From: a virus
Taxonomy: Duplodnaviria; Caudoviricetes
DNA length: 64,000 nucleotides
Direction: 5' to 3' (one strand)
IMG/VR virus record: IMGVR_UViG_3300029976_000159
Location: 53,976-117,975 of that record
The position numbers were made by a program, and so were the translations under genes. Shown here piece by piece: positions 50,598-59,676 of the stretch; positions within the stretch are counted from its first letter, which is position 1; every line of letters begins with the position of its first letter. The notes under the pieces are model-generated. The model worked only from the letters and a program-made list of their open reading frames with translations, was not told the origin of the DNA and made no database searches.

Positions 50598-51750
50598 TTA
50601 ATTCTTCCTCTCTTTTTTCAGCGCAATCATCACATAATATTTGTTCAGGATGCTTTATGTTCTTAGTGCCGCAGCGCAAGCATCGAACAGGTGCGCCCAC
50701 CTCTACTTTATCTAAAAAACCCCAATATTTTAAATCTATTATATAAGATGGAGTGTATCTTGCTGTTGAATACAATACATCATTATAATTAAGCGAGAAC
50801 GCAACTGGGATTACAGCTTCGGTAATAGGAATTAGTGACTTACCTCCACGAAGAACATACGGTTCGTACAATGTGTAATTATTTATTTCCTCTACCACTT
50901 TCATTTCTGGAGATAAACTATATCCATCCATTATTTTTAATCGATTAATTAATTGCGCAACTTTATTTTTAGCTCTTGTTATTTCAAAAGGGTATTGTCT
51001 ACCAAAAAACATATAATATTTGCCGTGCGTATGTTCCACAGTACTAAAGTGTAGAAGCATTCGCCATTTCTTTGAGTTCCACGGAACATCCACAGGGAAA
51101 TGAGGTAATTTATATTCACCATCGGATTTAATATAAGCTATTACGGTTGATTTATCTATCATATAGCTTAAATTACCCGCCCTGTAAGAACCATCTAAAG
51201 CATGACAAGAGCGCCATTTATGCGTATTCTCGCTTAGAGATAAGTAGTCCAACGGATGAACAGATAAGCATAATTTTCCTTTGAGTTTATTCTTTTGGAC
51301 AATTTCGCTTGCTTTCGTCTGTATATCATCTATTATTTTTTTATTATCAGTAATAAATTTTAAAGACTTTAGTAGTTTTGTCCCCTTTGGAATAGTTATA
51401 TTTTTTGTTGTTTTGTAATCTTCATCTAATCTATTATCAAAAAGATTATTTGGATGTGCCCAAAATAGGCGATATATATCTTCAATATTGGCGCGACTTT
51501 CCGCGCAATTACCCAAATAATTATCCAACCAAGCCATAAAATTAGGAAATAAACTTTTCTTGTCAGCGGGAGTTAATTCAAATTGATATTCTTGCGCAGT
51601 TTCATATATTAACTTACCATCAAAGTGATTAATATATTGAAGTTTATTTTTATACCAAGAGTCAAAGAGCTGGTCAACATTTAATTTATCAATATTTTGT
51701 GAATGCTCTAATACTTTAATAAATTGCGCTTTTAGCTCTTCTAAATTCAT
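50560..51750 (-). CDS. Uncharacterised protein with LCLS(V/I)HPLDY...WxSC motif and Zn ribbon (paralogue of 53514-55133)
   Basis: Shared motifs LCLSVHPLDY, W.SC, G.Y..G, KKWR, YP, CxxC. Confidence 0.7.
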   Translation of the reverse strand: MNLEELKAQFIKVLEHSQNIDKLNVDQLFDSWYKNKLQYINHFDGKLIYETAQEYQFELTPADKKSLFPNFMAWLDNYLGNCAESRANIEDIYRLFWAHPNNLFDNRLDEDYKTTKNITIPKGTKLLKSLKFITDNKKIIDDIQTKASEIVQKNKLKGKLCLSVHPLDYLSLSENTHKWRSCHALDGSYRAGNLSYMIDKSTVIAYIKSDGEYKLPHFPVDVPWNSKKWRMLLHFSTVEHTHGKYYMFFGRQYPFEITRAKNKVAQLINRLKIMDGYSLSPEMKVVEEINNYTLYEPYVLRGGKSLIPITEAVIPVAFSLNYNDVLYSTARYTPSYIIDLKYWGFLDKVEVGAPVRCLRCGTKNIKHPEQILCDDCAEKREEELNGKRSNSEGKSD

Positions 51751-52715
51751 AATTCTCTAAACTCCTTCTTTTGACACGCTGGGCAATATACAGTTTTTTT
51801 ATTTTTTATTACAAATGGCTGACCGCAATATTTACACCAATTGGCATATTCCTCTAAACAATCAATACATAGTGGAACCATTTCAAACCTATTCGTTTCA
51901 ACTTCCACCAAAGTTGAAACTATTTCTTCTTTTGGAACAAAAGTATCACAAGCATAACATTTACTCGCAAAACCAGTTGGAAAATCTAAATAATTTTCTT
52001 TTGGTACAAAAACAAAGGTTGGGATATTCTTATTTTCTTGCGTCAACATTTCTTTTACTTTATCAATCGTATCCAAAAGGTAAGTGGAATGTAATAATTC
52101 AGTTTTTGTATGTTCGTAATAATATCCAATAGACAAATTAACTCCCGCAATTCCCCAAGCTTCAGTTAAAAATACTATATCAGTAAATGTTCCTAAGGCA
52201 GTACTAAAACCAAACGATTCTATGTATTCTATAAAAGATTGATTATCACAACTATAAAACACGCAATCTTCTTTCCCACATCTATCCAATTCAATAAAAT
52301 ATCTTATATCTTTAAAAGGACAAGATAAAAAATCATTGGTTATCTTTATCGCTCCTTCTCCTCCAGTTTCTTCATCCGTAGTAAAGATAACGTGCGGGCG
52401 CAAACCACTTTCAATAATTTTTAATATTGCGTAAACACCCGCTCTATCATCAGCACCTAACCCCTGCGGACTCCAAATAACATCTTCCTCTCGATCAAAA
52501 AAGATACCGTGCGGCTTCATCGTATGAACCGTATCTAAATGCGCAACTAAACAAACCGGAATAGTTCCAGAAGCACAAATATATTGGGTGGTGCTGATGA
52601 CATTATTATTTCCATATATCCTTTTTAAATATTTAGACAATATCTTTATTAAATCTTTTTGTCTTAATTTGACAATAGATTTAAAATATTTAAATTCTTG
52701 TTCTGAAAATCTCAC
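51747..52715 (-). CDS. M20/M28 zinc peptidase with C-terminal Zn ribbons
   Basis: AHLDTV, GADDRAG, TTDEETG, ELD, EH. Confidence 0.85.
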   Translation of the reverse strand: MRFSEQEFKYFKSIVKLRQKDLIKILSKYLKRIYGNNNVISTTQYICASGTIPVCLVAHLDTVHTMKPHGIFFDREEDVIWSPQGLGADDRAGVYAILKIIESGLRPHVIFTTDEETGGEGAIKITNDFLSCPFKDIRYFIELDRCGKEDCVFYSCDNQSFIEYIESFGFSTALGTFTDIVFLTEAWGIAGVNLSIGYYYEHTKTELLHSTYLLDTIDKVKEMLTQENKNIPTFVFVPKENYLDFPTGFASKCYACDTFVPKEEIVSTLVEVETNRFEMVPLCIDCLEEYANWCKYCGQPFVIKNKKTVYCPACQKKEFREL

Positions 52716-53479
52716 TTTTTCATTCCTTTTTCAGTTATTGTTTGCGCGAGTTCGATTGACCGTTCACATAGACGACATCTTCCATTCGTCGCGCATTTTT
52801 GCTTACAATTTAGTCTAGCCTGCGCTATGTCCTCAGGTATCGCTCCACCCATTATATGAGTGTCAAAATATTTAAATAGAACTGCGCAATCCTCAATCCA
52901 TTTTTTATCATTTTTATAAACTTCTATTAATCTATTTAATTGTATATTGTTTATATATGTAAATTCAATCATATAAATTAATTTTTCATATAAATACATA
53001 TGTTGTGGTAATATCCAACAGCCCGTAATTCCATTAGCTCTTGGAATATAACTCTGGTAACACTGATTAGGTATAACACGCACCTTAATTCCACAAGAAT
53101 TAACTTTTTCTAAATCAAAAAACAAAGGCGCATCTACCAATACTTGGGAAGCCCCAAGTTCAATTAATCCCTCTAAATCATAATATGTCTGAATAGGATA
53201 TTTCCAAAACCATTTTAAACCATTTTTATTATATTTAGACGTTTCTGTTAATATAGTTAATTCTATTGTTAAATCCACTCTCTCATTTATTTCTTTTAAT
53301 ATATTAAAATTAATTTTATCAACTCTATCATCTATAGTAATTACAAATAGTTTGTCGGGGTATTGATTTAAATATTCCTATATTTCAGATATTTTCTTAT
53401 AAGGAATTTTAATTTCGTCACTCTTTTTTAATATCTCAATTCCCGCTCCTGCGGGAGAAGAATATTTCATATTTATCAT
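52712..53479 (-). CDS. Peptidase U32-like protein with C-terminal Cys cluster (one in-frame TAG)
   Basis: Frame extends 67 codons upstream of 53278 with a TAG at 53378; RVIPN, WILP, R.NC.QKC....C..C. Confidence 0.6.
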
Positions 53480-53513
53480 TTCTCCTTCTATTATATTATA
53501 ATAAAAATTTTTA

Positions 53514-55133
53514 TTAATTGCAAAATCTGCGCAAATATCTAGGACGTTCTTGATCGTTTAAACAACCGTAATTTACCGAATATATCATATTCCACTTATC
53601 CCAAGCTTCCTCTGGAATATTTTTAATTTCAATGCTAGTGGAATCAGATTCATCTATACCTAAATCATCGCAAAAAGTTTCTACATCTGAAAGTAAGATA
53701 TATAAATCACCCAATTCAGCACCATTAGACACAACTGTAAAGGTTATTACATCATCTAAAAATACCGTATCCTGATGACGTGATTCTATACAAGTTAATG
53801 TTGAGAAACAATCTTCGCAAAGAATCTCACCGTCTATTCCATAACGTTCCCAATCATTATGAATTATTGTGCCGCAATGCTCACAACGTTCTAAAATGCC
53901 TTCGCAGTCAGCACAGCACAACCTCGATGCTTCTTGAGAATTATTGTCCTCAAGAGTGTCGTGATCTGTTGTGCCGCAACACATACATTGTGCCGGACCG
54001 GAATAATTATAAAAAATGTGGTTTGGTTTATCATAGCGGTTTGTAGAAATCTTAAATGCCCTATCTTTTTTACTTGTTATAAAGGCTCCAGTGTCTATGA
54101 ACAATTTATGTTGCATAGTTGTATAATCATTATACATAAAGTCTGTAATCGGAAGAATAATATTATTTATATATTCTATATGTCCGTCACGAAGTGAATA
54201 ATACGGCATAGTCCAATGATACCCTTTTTTTTCACCAAGCTCACGCAACCAATTAAAACACATATTATTCAAAACATCCGATTGATATGGATAACCTTTT
54301 ACATTTGTAATAAAAGCAGAATTAATTATAAATAATGAACGCCATTTTTTGTTATTCCAATCTATTACATCGTGGAAATCTTCTTTATCAGATTTTAAAT
54401 AAGCCACAATTACAGAAGGCGAGTTCATCATTTCTACAGTGCCAAGTCGATAACTACCAGCATATTTCCAGTTCATACACGAATCCCAACCACTTGCGTT
54501 GTCACTCATGGTCATATAATCAAGAGGATGAATAGACAGGCAGAGAGTACCCTTAAATGTTGCTGTATTGCTAATCATAGACTGCGCTAAGCGCAATTCC
54601 TCAAACCCTGTAATATCGTCATACATCGCTGCAATTTTCTGACACAATTTCATCGCTTTCATACCCGGGGTTACAATTATATCTTTATGTCCTTCGGGTG
54701 CGTGCAATAGTACAGGCTCATCAATATCAATGCGGTTAGCTATTAACGCTCTATAATCAAGCGCTCTTGCTACCGAGGAATGTGACCAACCGAGTCCTCG
54801 TTTAATTTCATCTGGAGCTAGTTCCATTTTAATAATTTTAAGTTTTATCTGCTCTAGTACGTGATATAAAGCATAGTCGTTTGTTAGTTTTTTCTCTAAA
54901 GAATAAATTAGCTCATTTTCATCGGCTTTATATTCTATATGTTTTTCTAAAATAAGACTATCTTTAAAAATTTTTCCTAAAACCTCAGCTTCTTTTTCTT
55001 CCTCCCAAGGTTCCAAGAGATCAAAAACTTTAACCCATTTATCATCTGATATAGTTTCATCAGAGGCATAAGCTTTTCTCCAAGCGTCTATTTTGTTCAA
55101 ATCTTCTTGAGATATTAAATTTCTCAGTCCCAT
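53514..55133 (-). CDS. Uncharacterised protein with LCLSIHPLDY...WxSC motif and Zn ribbons
   Basis: Paralogue of 50560-51750; four CxxC pairs. Confidence 0.7.
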   Translation of the reverse strand: MGLRNLISQEDLNKIDAWRKAYASDETISDDKWVKVFDLLEPWEEEKEAEVLGKIFKDSLILEKHIEYKADENELIYSLEKKLTNDYALYHVLEQIKLKIIKMELAPDEIKRGLGWSHSSVARALDYRALIANRIDIDEPVLLHAPEGHKDIIVTPGMKAMKLCQKIAAMYDDITGFEELRLAQSMISNTATFKGTLCLSIHPLDYMTMSDNASGWDSCMNWKYAGSYRLGTVEMMNSPSVIVAYLKSDKEDFHDVIDWNNKKWRSLFIINSAFITNVKGYPYQSDVLNNMCFNWLRELGEKKGYHWTMPYYSLRDGHIEYINNIILPITDFMYNDYTTMQHKLFIDTGAFITSKKDRAFKISTNRYDKPNHIFYNYSGPAQCMCCGTTDHDTLEDNNSQEASRLCCADCEGILERCEHCGTIIHNDWERYGIDGEILCEDCFSTLTCIESRHQDTVFLDDVITFTVVSNGAELGDLYILLSDVETFCDDLGIDESDSTSIEIKNIPEEAWDKWNMIYSVNYGCLNDQERPRYLRRFCN

Positions 55134-55140
55134 TTTATAC

Positions 55141-55881
55141 CTACTTTCTTACACAACGAGTTAATACAGTTACATTCTCTCCATTTTCTTCTATATGTTT
55201 CTTAATGGTTGCGCGAATAGCTATCCGGTCTCCTACCTTAAGCTGATGTCCGGTTGTCGACGAACTAAACCATTTAAAAATATTTTTTTTGTTATCTATC
55301 ATATATATTATTTTAGAGTCTGGGAAACGACTTTGAATTTTTGTAGAGCTGGTTATGGTTACTTCTAAATCAAGCCTATCACCCACATTTCCAAGAGGCA
55401 ATGATGATGAGTGCTCCGTGCGCACTTTATCTACTGCTCTTTTGGTTTCTTCTTCGGATTTTAAAGTATTTTCATCAACACATATATCATCCCAATATAA
55501 TTTATACTGTTTAATTGCGTTAGGTATATCATTTGGAATTTCTCTTTCGCTAATTATATACCACCCCCATCGACAATGCCAGCGAGCAATCGATTGAGAA
55601 AACCATTCCTGATAAGTTTTGTTATCATTGCGTGAAAAGATAGTTATGTAGCCTTTATCGAAACCCAAAACGCTTTTTAAGCTTCTAAATCTTTTTGGTT
55701 GACTTTTAGAAAATTTTGTGTTATTATATATTTTGTTAAATTCCTTCTCACTATACCATCTTACAGGTTTAATAACACCAGTCTTGGGGTTGCGCACGCG
55801 CACATAAGACTTATTCGAGGAAATAAAAGGTTTTTCTAGCATTTCCCAGTTTGTATAGCTTTTGGCTACCATTAAGACCAC
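55141..55881 (-). CDS. Hypothetical protein with C-terminal OB-fold-like domain
   Basis: GNVGDRL...ATIKKH...TVLTR pattern. Confidence 0.55.
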   Translation of the reverse strand: MVLMVAKSYTNWEMLEKPFISSNKSYVRVRNPKTGVIKPVRWYSEKEFNKIYNNTKFSKSQPKRFRSLKSVLGFDKGYITIFSRNDNKTYQEWFSQSIARWHCRWGWYIISEREIPNDIPNAIKQYKLYWDDICVDENTLKSEEETKRAVDKVRTEHSSSLPLGNVGDRLDLEVTITSSTKIQSRFPDSKIIYMIDNKKNIFKWFSSSTTGHQLKVGDRIAIRATIKKHIEENGENVTVLTRCVRK

Positions 55882-56022
55882 TCCTTCATCAAATACTCCT
55901 CTTCAGTGGCATTGGTTTCTATCAGATCGTACTGCTCGCGCTGCACTTCCTCTTCATTCGCCAATCTAGACTTAAAACTTTCTAAGTTGCGCCAGCGCAT
56001 TTCATTGTAAGTCATACTTTTC

Positions 56023-56073
56023 TCACCCTTTCTTTATATATATAATAATATATTTTTTAAAAAAAATCAAAAA
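56023..56073 (-). repeat. Promoter-RBS cassette repeat, copy 1 (51 bp)
   Basis: Identical to the core of 58595-58654 and 58845-58904. Confidence 0.85.
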
Positions 56074-56116
56074 AGTTTTTAAAAAGCAGAAAGGCGCAAC
56101 TAAGTGCGCCTAAAAA

Positions 56117-56476
56117 TCAATATTCAATAAGTGTAATATTTAATATTTCATCAGCATTTGGATGATAAAAGTTAGGATGTTCTATTATTTGCTGTTTATA
56201 TTTTATTAAAGTTTGATTATAATGTAATACTTGTTGTAAAGCTAATATAGAATTATAATCATCATTTTTCATGTTTTGATACTGTTCTTCTAGTGTTATT
56301 CGATTTTTTATTAAATATTTAGAAACGCTATTATCGCTAATAACAACAAGACCTATGGATATTAAGCCAGTCATACCTATTCCAAATAAGACTTTCCCCA
56401 ATTGTTCCCGCTCTCGAAAAGCAAATATTACTCCAAAAGCGAGAAGAACGACACAAATTACTATTAACACAACCAT
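56117..56476 (-). CDS. Small two-TM protein family member with soluble tail
   Basis: FGVIFAFREREQ motif. Confidence 0.65.
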   Translation of the reverse strand: MVVLIVICVVLLAFGVIFAFREREQLGKVLFGIGMTGLISIGLVVISDNSVSKYLIKNRITLEEQYQNMKNDDYNSILALQQVLHYNQTLIKYKQQIIEHPNFYHPNADEILNITLIEY

Positions 56477-56480
56477 TGTA

Positions 56481-56669
56481 TTACATATTTAAATAAGCGA
56501 TTTTTATATAGCTGAGCAAAACATATGTAAATACAAATGCTAAGCAAGCCATACCTATTCCAAATGAAATTTTTCCCGCACGCATTCGATTCTTATAAGC
56601 AAATATTACTCCAAAAGCGAGAAGAGCAACACAAATTACAGACAGTATATCTATTATTATACTCATCAT
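56481..56669 (-). CDS. Small two-TM protein family member
   Basis: Start reassigned to MMSII behind an RBS; FGVIFAYKNR motif. Confidence 0.6.
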   Translation of the reverse strand: MMSIIIDILSVICVALLAFGVIFAYKNRMRAGKISFGIGMACLAFVFTYVLLSYIKIAYLNM

Positions 56670-56719
56670 ATTATGTTCACCTCTTTTTATATTAGTTGCA
56701 TTTAAGTTATAATTTTTTA

Positions 56720-56905
56720 TTAAATATTTGCAAGCATAATTTTTATTAAGAAGCAAGCGAAAAATGTGCATATAAATATTACACCAGTCACACCTATTCC
56801 CACCAAAATTACTCCTGCTTGCTCCCGCTCTCGAAAAGCAAATACAATTCCAAGAACAACAAGAGCAATGCAAATTACAAACAGTATAAATATTATATTA
56901 ATCAT
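56720..56905 (-). CDS. Small two-TM protein family member
   Basis: LGIVFAFREREQ motif. Confidence 0.6.
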   Translation of the reverse strand: MINIIFILFVICIALVVLGIVFAFREREQAGVILVGIGVTGVIFICTFFACFLIKIMLANI

Positions 56906-57129
56906 ATTATGTTTCCTTCTTTTATACTAGCAGTTGCGCTTGTTGGTACAATACAGAAACCATTTGCGGTTAAAGGTTCAATTGTTATTGAATTAATTTC
57001 GTCTGTATCATAATAGCTTTCTACATATTGCATAACGCTTACGTAGTTTTTGGCTCTACAAACAGCGCACTCATTAATTAATTTATCATAATCTTGTATT
57101 TTTATAGTAATAAGATAATACATAATCAA
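56902..57129 (-). CDS. Hypothetical protein
   Basis: ORF overlapping the next gene. Confidence 0.5.
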   Translation of the reverse strand: MIMYYLITIKIQDYDKLINECAVCRAKNYVSVMQYVESYYDTDEINSITIEPLTANGFCIVPTSATASIKEGNII

Positions 57130-57181
57130 GTTCTCTCTTCTAATTAGGGGAAGGATAGAGGGTCTAATGACCCTCTATCAC

Positions 57182-57520
57182 TTAAAACATTTTAGTAACA
57201 TTAAACAAGTCAGATATGTTTTTAAGCTCTTTGTCTATTTTATCAAAGAGTTCGTCAGAGTCTGAATCAGCTACTAATTGTACACTATCCATAATTTCTA
57301 TGAATATCTCAGGATCACACAAAATAGCCATTACCTGATTTACGGGAGCTGTCTCGCCGTAATGAGTTTTGTACAAAGCTTTAAGGTTTTCCAATATGGG
57401 CTTAAGGGCAGACTTGAACGCTGCGTTCTTTGCATTTTGTTCATTTTCTTCCTTAAGCTGCTCGCGCAGTTTAGCTAATTCAGCTTCCTTAGCTTTAATT
57501 GCTTCCTCAAGTTTATTCAT
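57182..57520 (-). CDS. Coiled-coil hypothetical protein
   Basis: Own promoter, RBS and terminator hairpin. Confidence 0.6.
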   Translation of the reverse strand: MNKLEEAIKAKEAELAKLREQLKEENEQNAKNAAFKSALKPILENLKALYKTHYGETAPVNQVMAILCDPEIFIEIMDSVQLVADSDSDELFDKIDKELKNISDLFNVTKMF

Positions 57521-57600
57521 TTTACTTCAATCCTTTCTTTTTATATTTCATAAATATAATAACAAAAATTTTTTATTTTGTCAATTGTTGTTTTAAGAAA

Positions 57601-57954
57601 TCAGCTATTATTAGACATATTTTCTGATATTGTCCTCAATATCCAAGGACTATCCCAGAGATTAGATATAACAGTAAAATTAATCTCGCATTTTGTCAGG
57701 GGTATTGTTGTTTTATCTGTTCCAAGAGTTTGAATGTAGAAGAAGTCGTCATCTTCCTCGTACAAAACTATTCCCCACAGTGAGTGATATTTTATTATAT
57801 CACCTTCAAAAACTCGTCTATAATTGGTAAATCGAGATGCGGTTTCTGGTTGTACAAAATAAACCTTATTGCTTGTTAATATTTCTACTCCGTCCCGAAG
57901 GGAGCCTTCTACCCATTCGTCACTATTAATTTTTTTAGCCCTATACAACTCCAT
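57601..57954 (-). CDS. YopX family protein
   Basis: YRAK...WVEG...PET...FEGDII...VISN. Confidence 0.7.
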   Translation of the reverse strand: MELYRAKKINSDEWVEGSLRDGVEILTSNKVYFVQPETASRFTNYRRVFEGDIIKYHSLWGIVLYEEDDDFFYIQTLGTDKTTIPLTKCEINFTVISNLWDSPWILRTISENMSNNS

Positions 57955-57988
57955 CTTTATTTTGCCTTTCTATTTATAATAATGGATG

Positions 57989-58249
57989 TTAGTTCTCTCC
58001 TATCTTATGCGTGAAGCACCAATATAAATCATTACCAAATTTATCTATTGCTTCGTTTGCTTTTCTGCAAGTTGTAAACATAGTAACACCGGGCTGCTTA
58101 TAATCTACCCAACTCGCAACGGGATAATTAGTGCCGTGCTGTGCAATTATTATCCAGCCGCCGGTATCACCATCAATTGGTTTATCGTGCTCACTCTGCC
58201 AAACGCGTAAACTTTCCAATAAATTGTACATTTTAAACAAATCTTTCAT
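57989..58249 (-). CDS. Hypothetical protein
   Basis: ORF with RBS. Confidence 0.5.
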   Translation of the reverse strand: MKDLFKMYNLLESLRVWQSEHDKPIDGDTGGWIIIAQHGTNYPVASWVDYKQPGVTMFTTCRKANEAIDKFGNDLYWCFTHKIGEN

Positions 58250-58358
58250 TAATAAACTCCTTAATTAATAATACTTATTAAAATTTTACTTATAATGATT
58301 ATAGTACATAACACATTAACATTTGAACGATTTATTGTTTGTGCTTTATTAAATATTC

Positions 58359-58514
58359 TTATGCCAAAAGGCACCAACTACATGCCAGCAGAAGTGTTAA
58401 ACCAGTTAAACATACTCCAGCAAAAATTTCTGCCAATCGATCTTGATAGTGAAAACCAAGTATAACTGCGAGAACAACGATAGTGACATATATTGTCATT
58501 AATATAAGTATCAT
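58359..58514 (-). CDS. Small two-TM protein family member (51 aa)
   Basis: Own translation: MILILMTIYVTIVVLAVILGFHYQDRLAEIFAGVCLTGL... Confidence 0.5.
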   Translation of the reverse strand: MILILMTIYVTIVVLAVILGFHYQDRLAEIFAGVCLTGLTLLLACSWCLLA

Positions 58515-58594
58515 ATTACATCTATCTCCTTTATATTATTCCGTAAAAGCAATAAAAGCGAAATACATTACTATTAATATAAGTATTACATAAA

Positions 58595-58654
58595 TCATAT
58601 TCATCACCCTTTCTTTATATATATAATAATATATTTTTTAAAAAAAATCAAAAA
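58595..58654 (-). repeat. Promoter-RBS-start cassette repeat, copy 2 (60 bp)
   Basis: Identical to 58845-58904; TTGATT-17-TATTAT, AAAGGGTG RBS, ATGAATATG. Confidence 0.85.
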
Positions 58655-58689
58655 AATTTTTTTAGAATGCGCTTACTGCTCGTATATTC

Positions 58690-58854
58690 TTATACCAAGA
58701 AAAACCAGATATAGGCATATGTAAGTATTACACTAACCAAACTTATTCCGCTCAAAGCTATTCCCAGTCGTTCTCGACCTCGTAAAGCAAATATAACTCC
58801 AAGAGCAATACAAATCATTATTATTATCATCATCAAAATAAGTGTCATATTCAT
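58690..58854 (-). CDS. Small two-TM protein family member
   Basis: Own translation: ...CIALGVIFALRGRERLGIALSGI... Confidence 0.55.
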   Translation of the reverse strand: MNMTLILMMIIIMICIALGVIFALRGRERLGIALSGISLVSVILTYAYIWFFLV

Positions 58855-58904
58855 CACCCTTTCTTTATATATATAATAATATATTTTTTAAAAAAAATCA
58901 AAAA
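58845..58904 (-). repeat. Promoter-RBS-start cassette repeat, copy 3 (60 bp)
   Basis: Identical to 58595-58654. Confidence 0.85.
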
Positions 58905-58938
58905 TCCTCTTGATAATTAAACCAAGAGGATAATGAAT

Positions 58939-59676
58939 TTATTCAAAATAGTTAAAACTCGGCATAGGTTCTAATTTAAATTTGTTCTTTTCGTGCGCCG
59001 TCTGGAAGGTTTTCACTTTAGACGGGTTAGTCGGCACTACACCTTCACGCAACCAAGAGTCAAGTTCAAGGTAAGTAAAGCCGAGGTTGTCTTCATCGGT
59101 TTTCCCGCACAAGCCGTCTGAGGGAGCTTTATCTACTAAATGTGCGGGAAGCCCCAGACATCTTCCTATAGCTTTTACCTCTTGGACGGTAAAATGCGCG
59201 AGTGGGGAAAAATCCCCAACAGCGTCGCCGTACCTAGTTGAATAGCCTATGTAATCTTCGGAATAATTACAAGTATTGGCTACTCGCCCATTATTAGATT
59301 GCGAAACCGCGTAGAGCGCTGCCATGCGCAAACGCGCGGGAAGGTTTATATAAGTCTGCCGTGACGGATCATCAATTTGTTTCATAATGCTAGTTACAGC
59401 TGTATTTATATTAACAGTTACCAATGAAATGTGTAGAAATTCCGCAATATCTTTAACATCATTTATATCATTCTGGTATCCATTCGGCAACGAAACTCCA
59501 ATTACCCTATCTTTACCAAGGGCTTTGACGCAAAGTGCGGCAACTACAGAGCTATCTTTTCCGCCAGAGATACCTATAATTGCGTTGCAGCCTTCTCCAT
59601 TCTCCTTGAACCATTCTCTTATCCAAGTCACGCATTTCTCAGTGGCAGTTTCTGCGTTAAAATTATATTGTTTCAT
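58939..59676 (-). CDS. nadE: NH3-dependent NAD+ synthetase
   Basis: GISGGKDS, N..ARLRM, GYSTRYGD, KAPSDGL, TDED.LG. Confidence 0.93.
   Translation of the reverse strand: MKQYNFNAETATEKCVTWIREWFKENGEGCNAIIGISGGKDSSVVAALCVKALGKDRVIGVSLPNGYQNDINDVKDIAEFLHISLVTVNINTAVTSIMKQIDDPSRQTYINLPARLRMAALYAVSQSNNGRVANTCNYSEDYIGYSTRYGDAVGDFSPLAHFTVQEVKAIGRCLGLPAHLVDKAPSDGLCGKTDEDNLGFTYLELDSWLREGVVPTNPSKVKTFQTAHEKNKFKLEPMPSFNYFE

Noticed and set aside
56481-56873. 130-aa Cys-rich ORF as called
   Set aside because: Its 5' half overlaps the real gene 56720-56905 in another frame; the RBS supports a start at 56669
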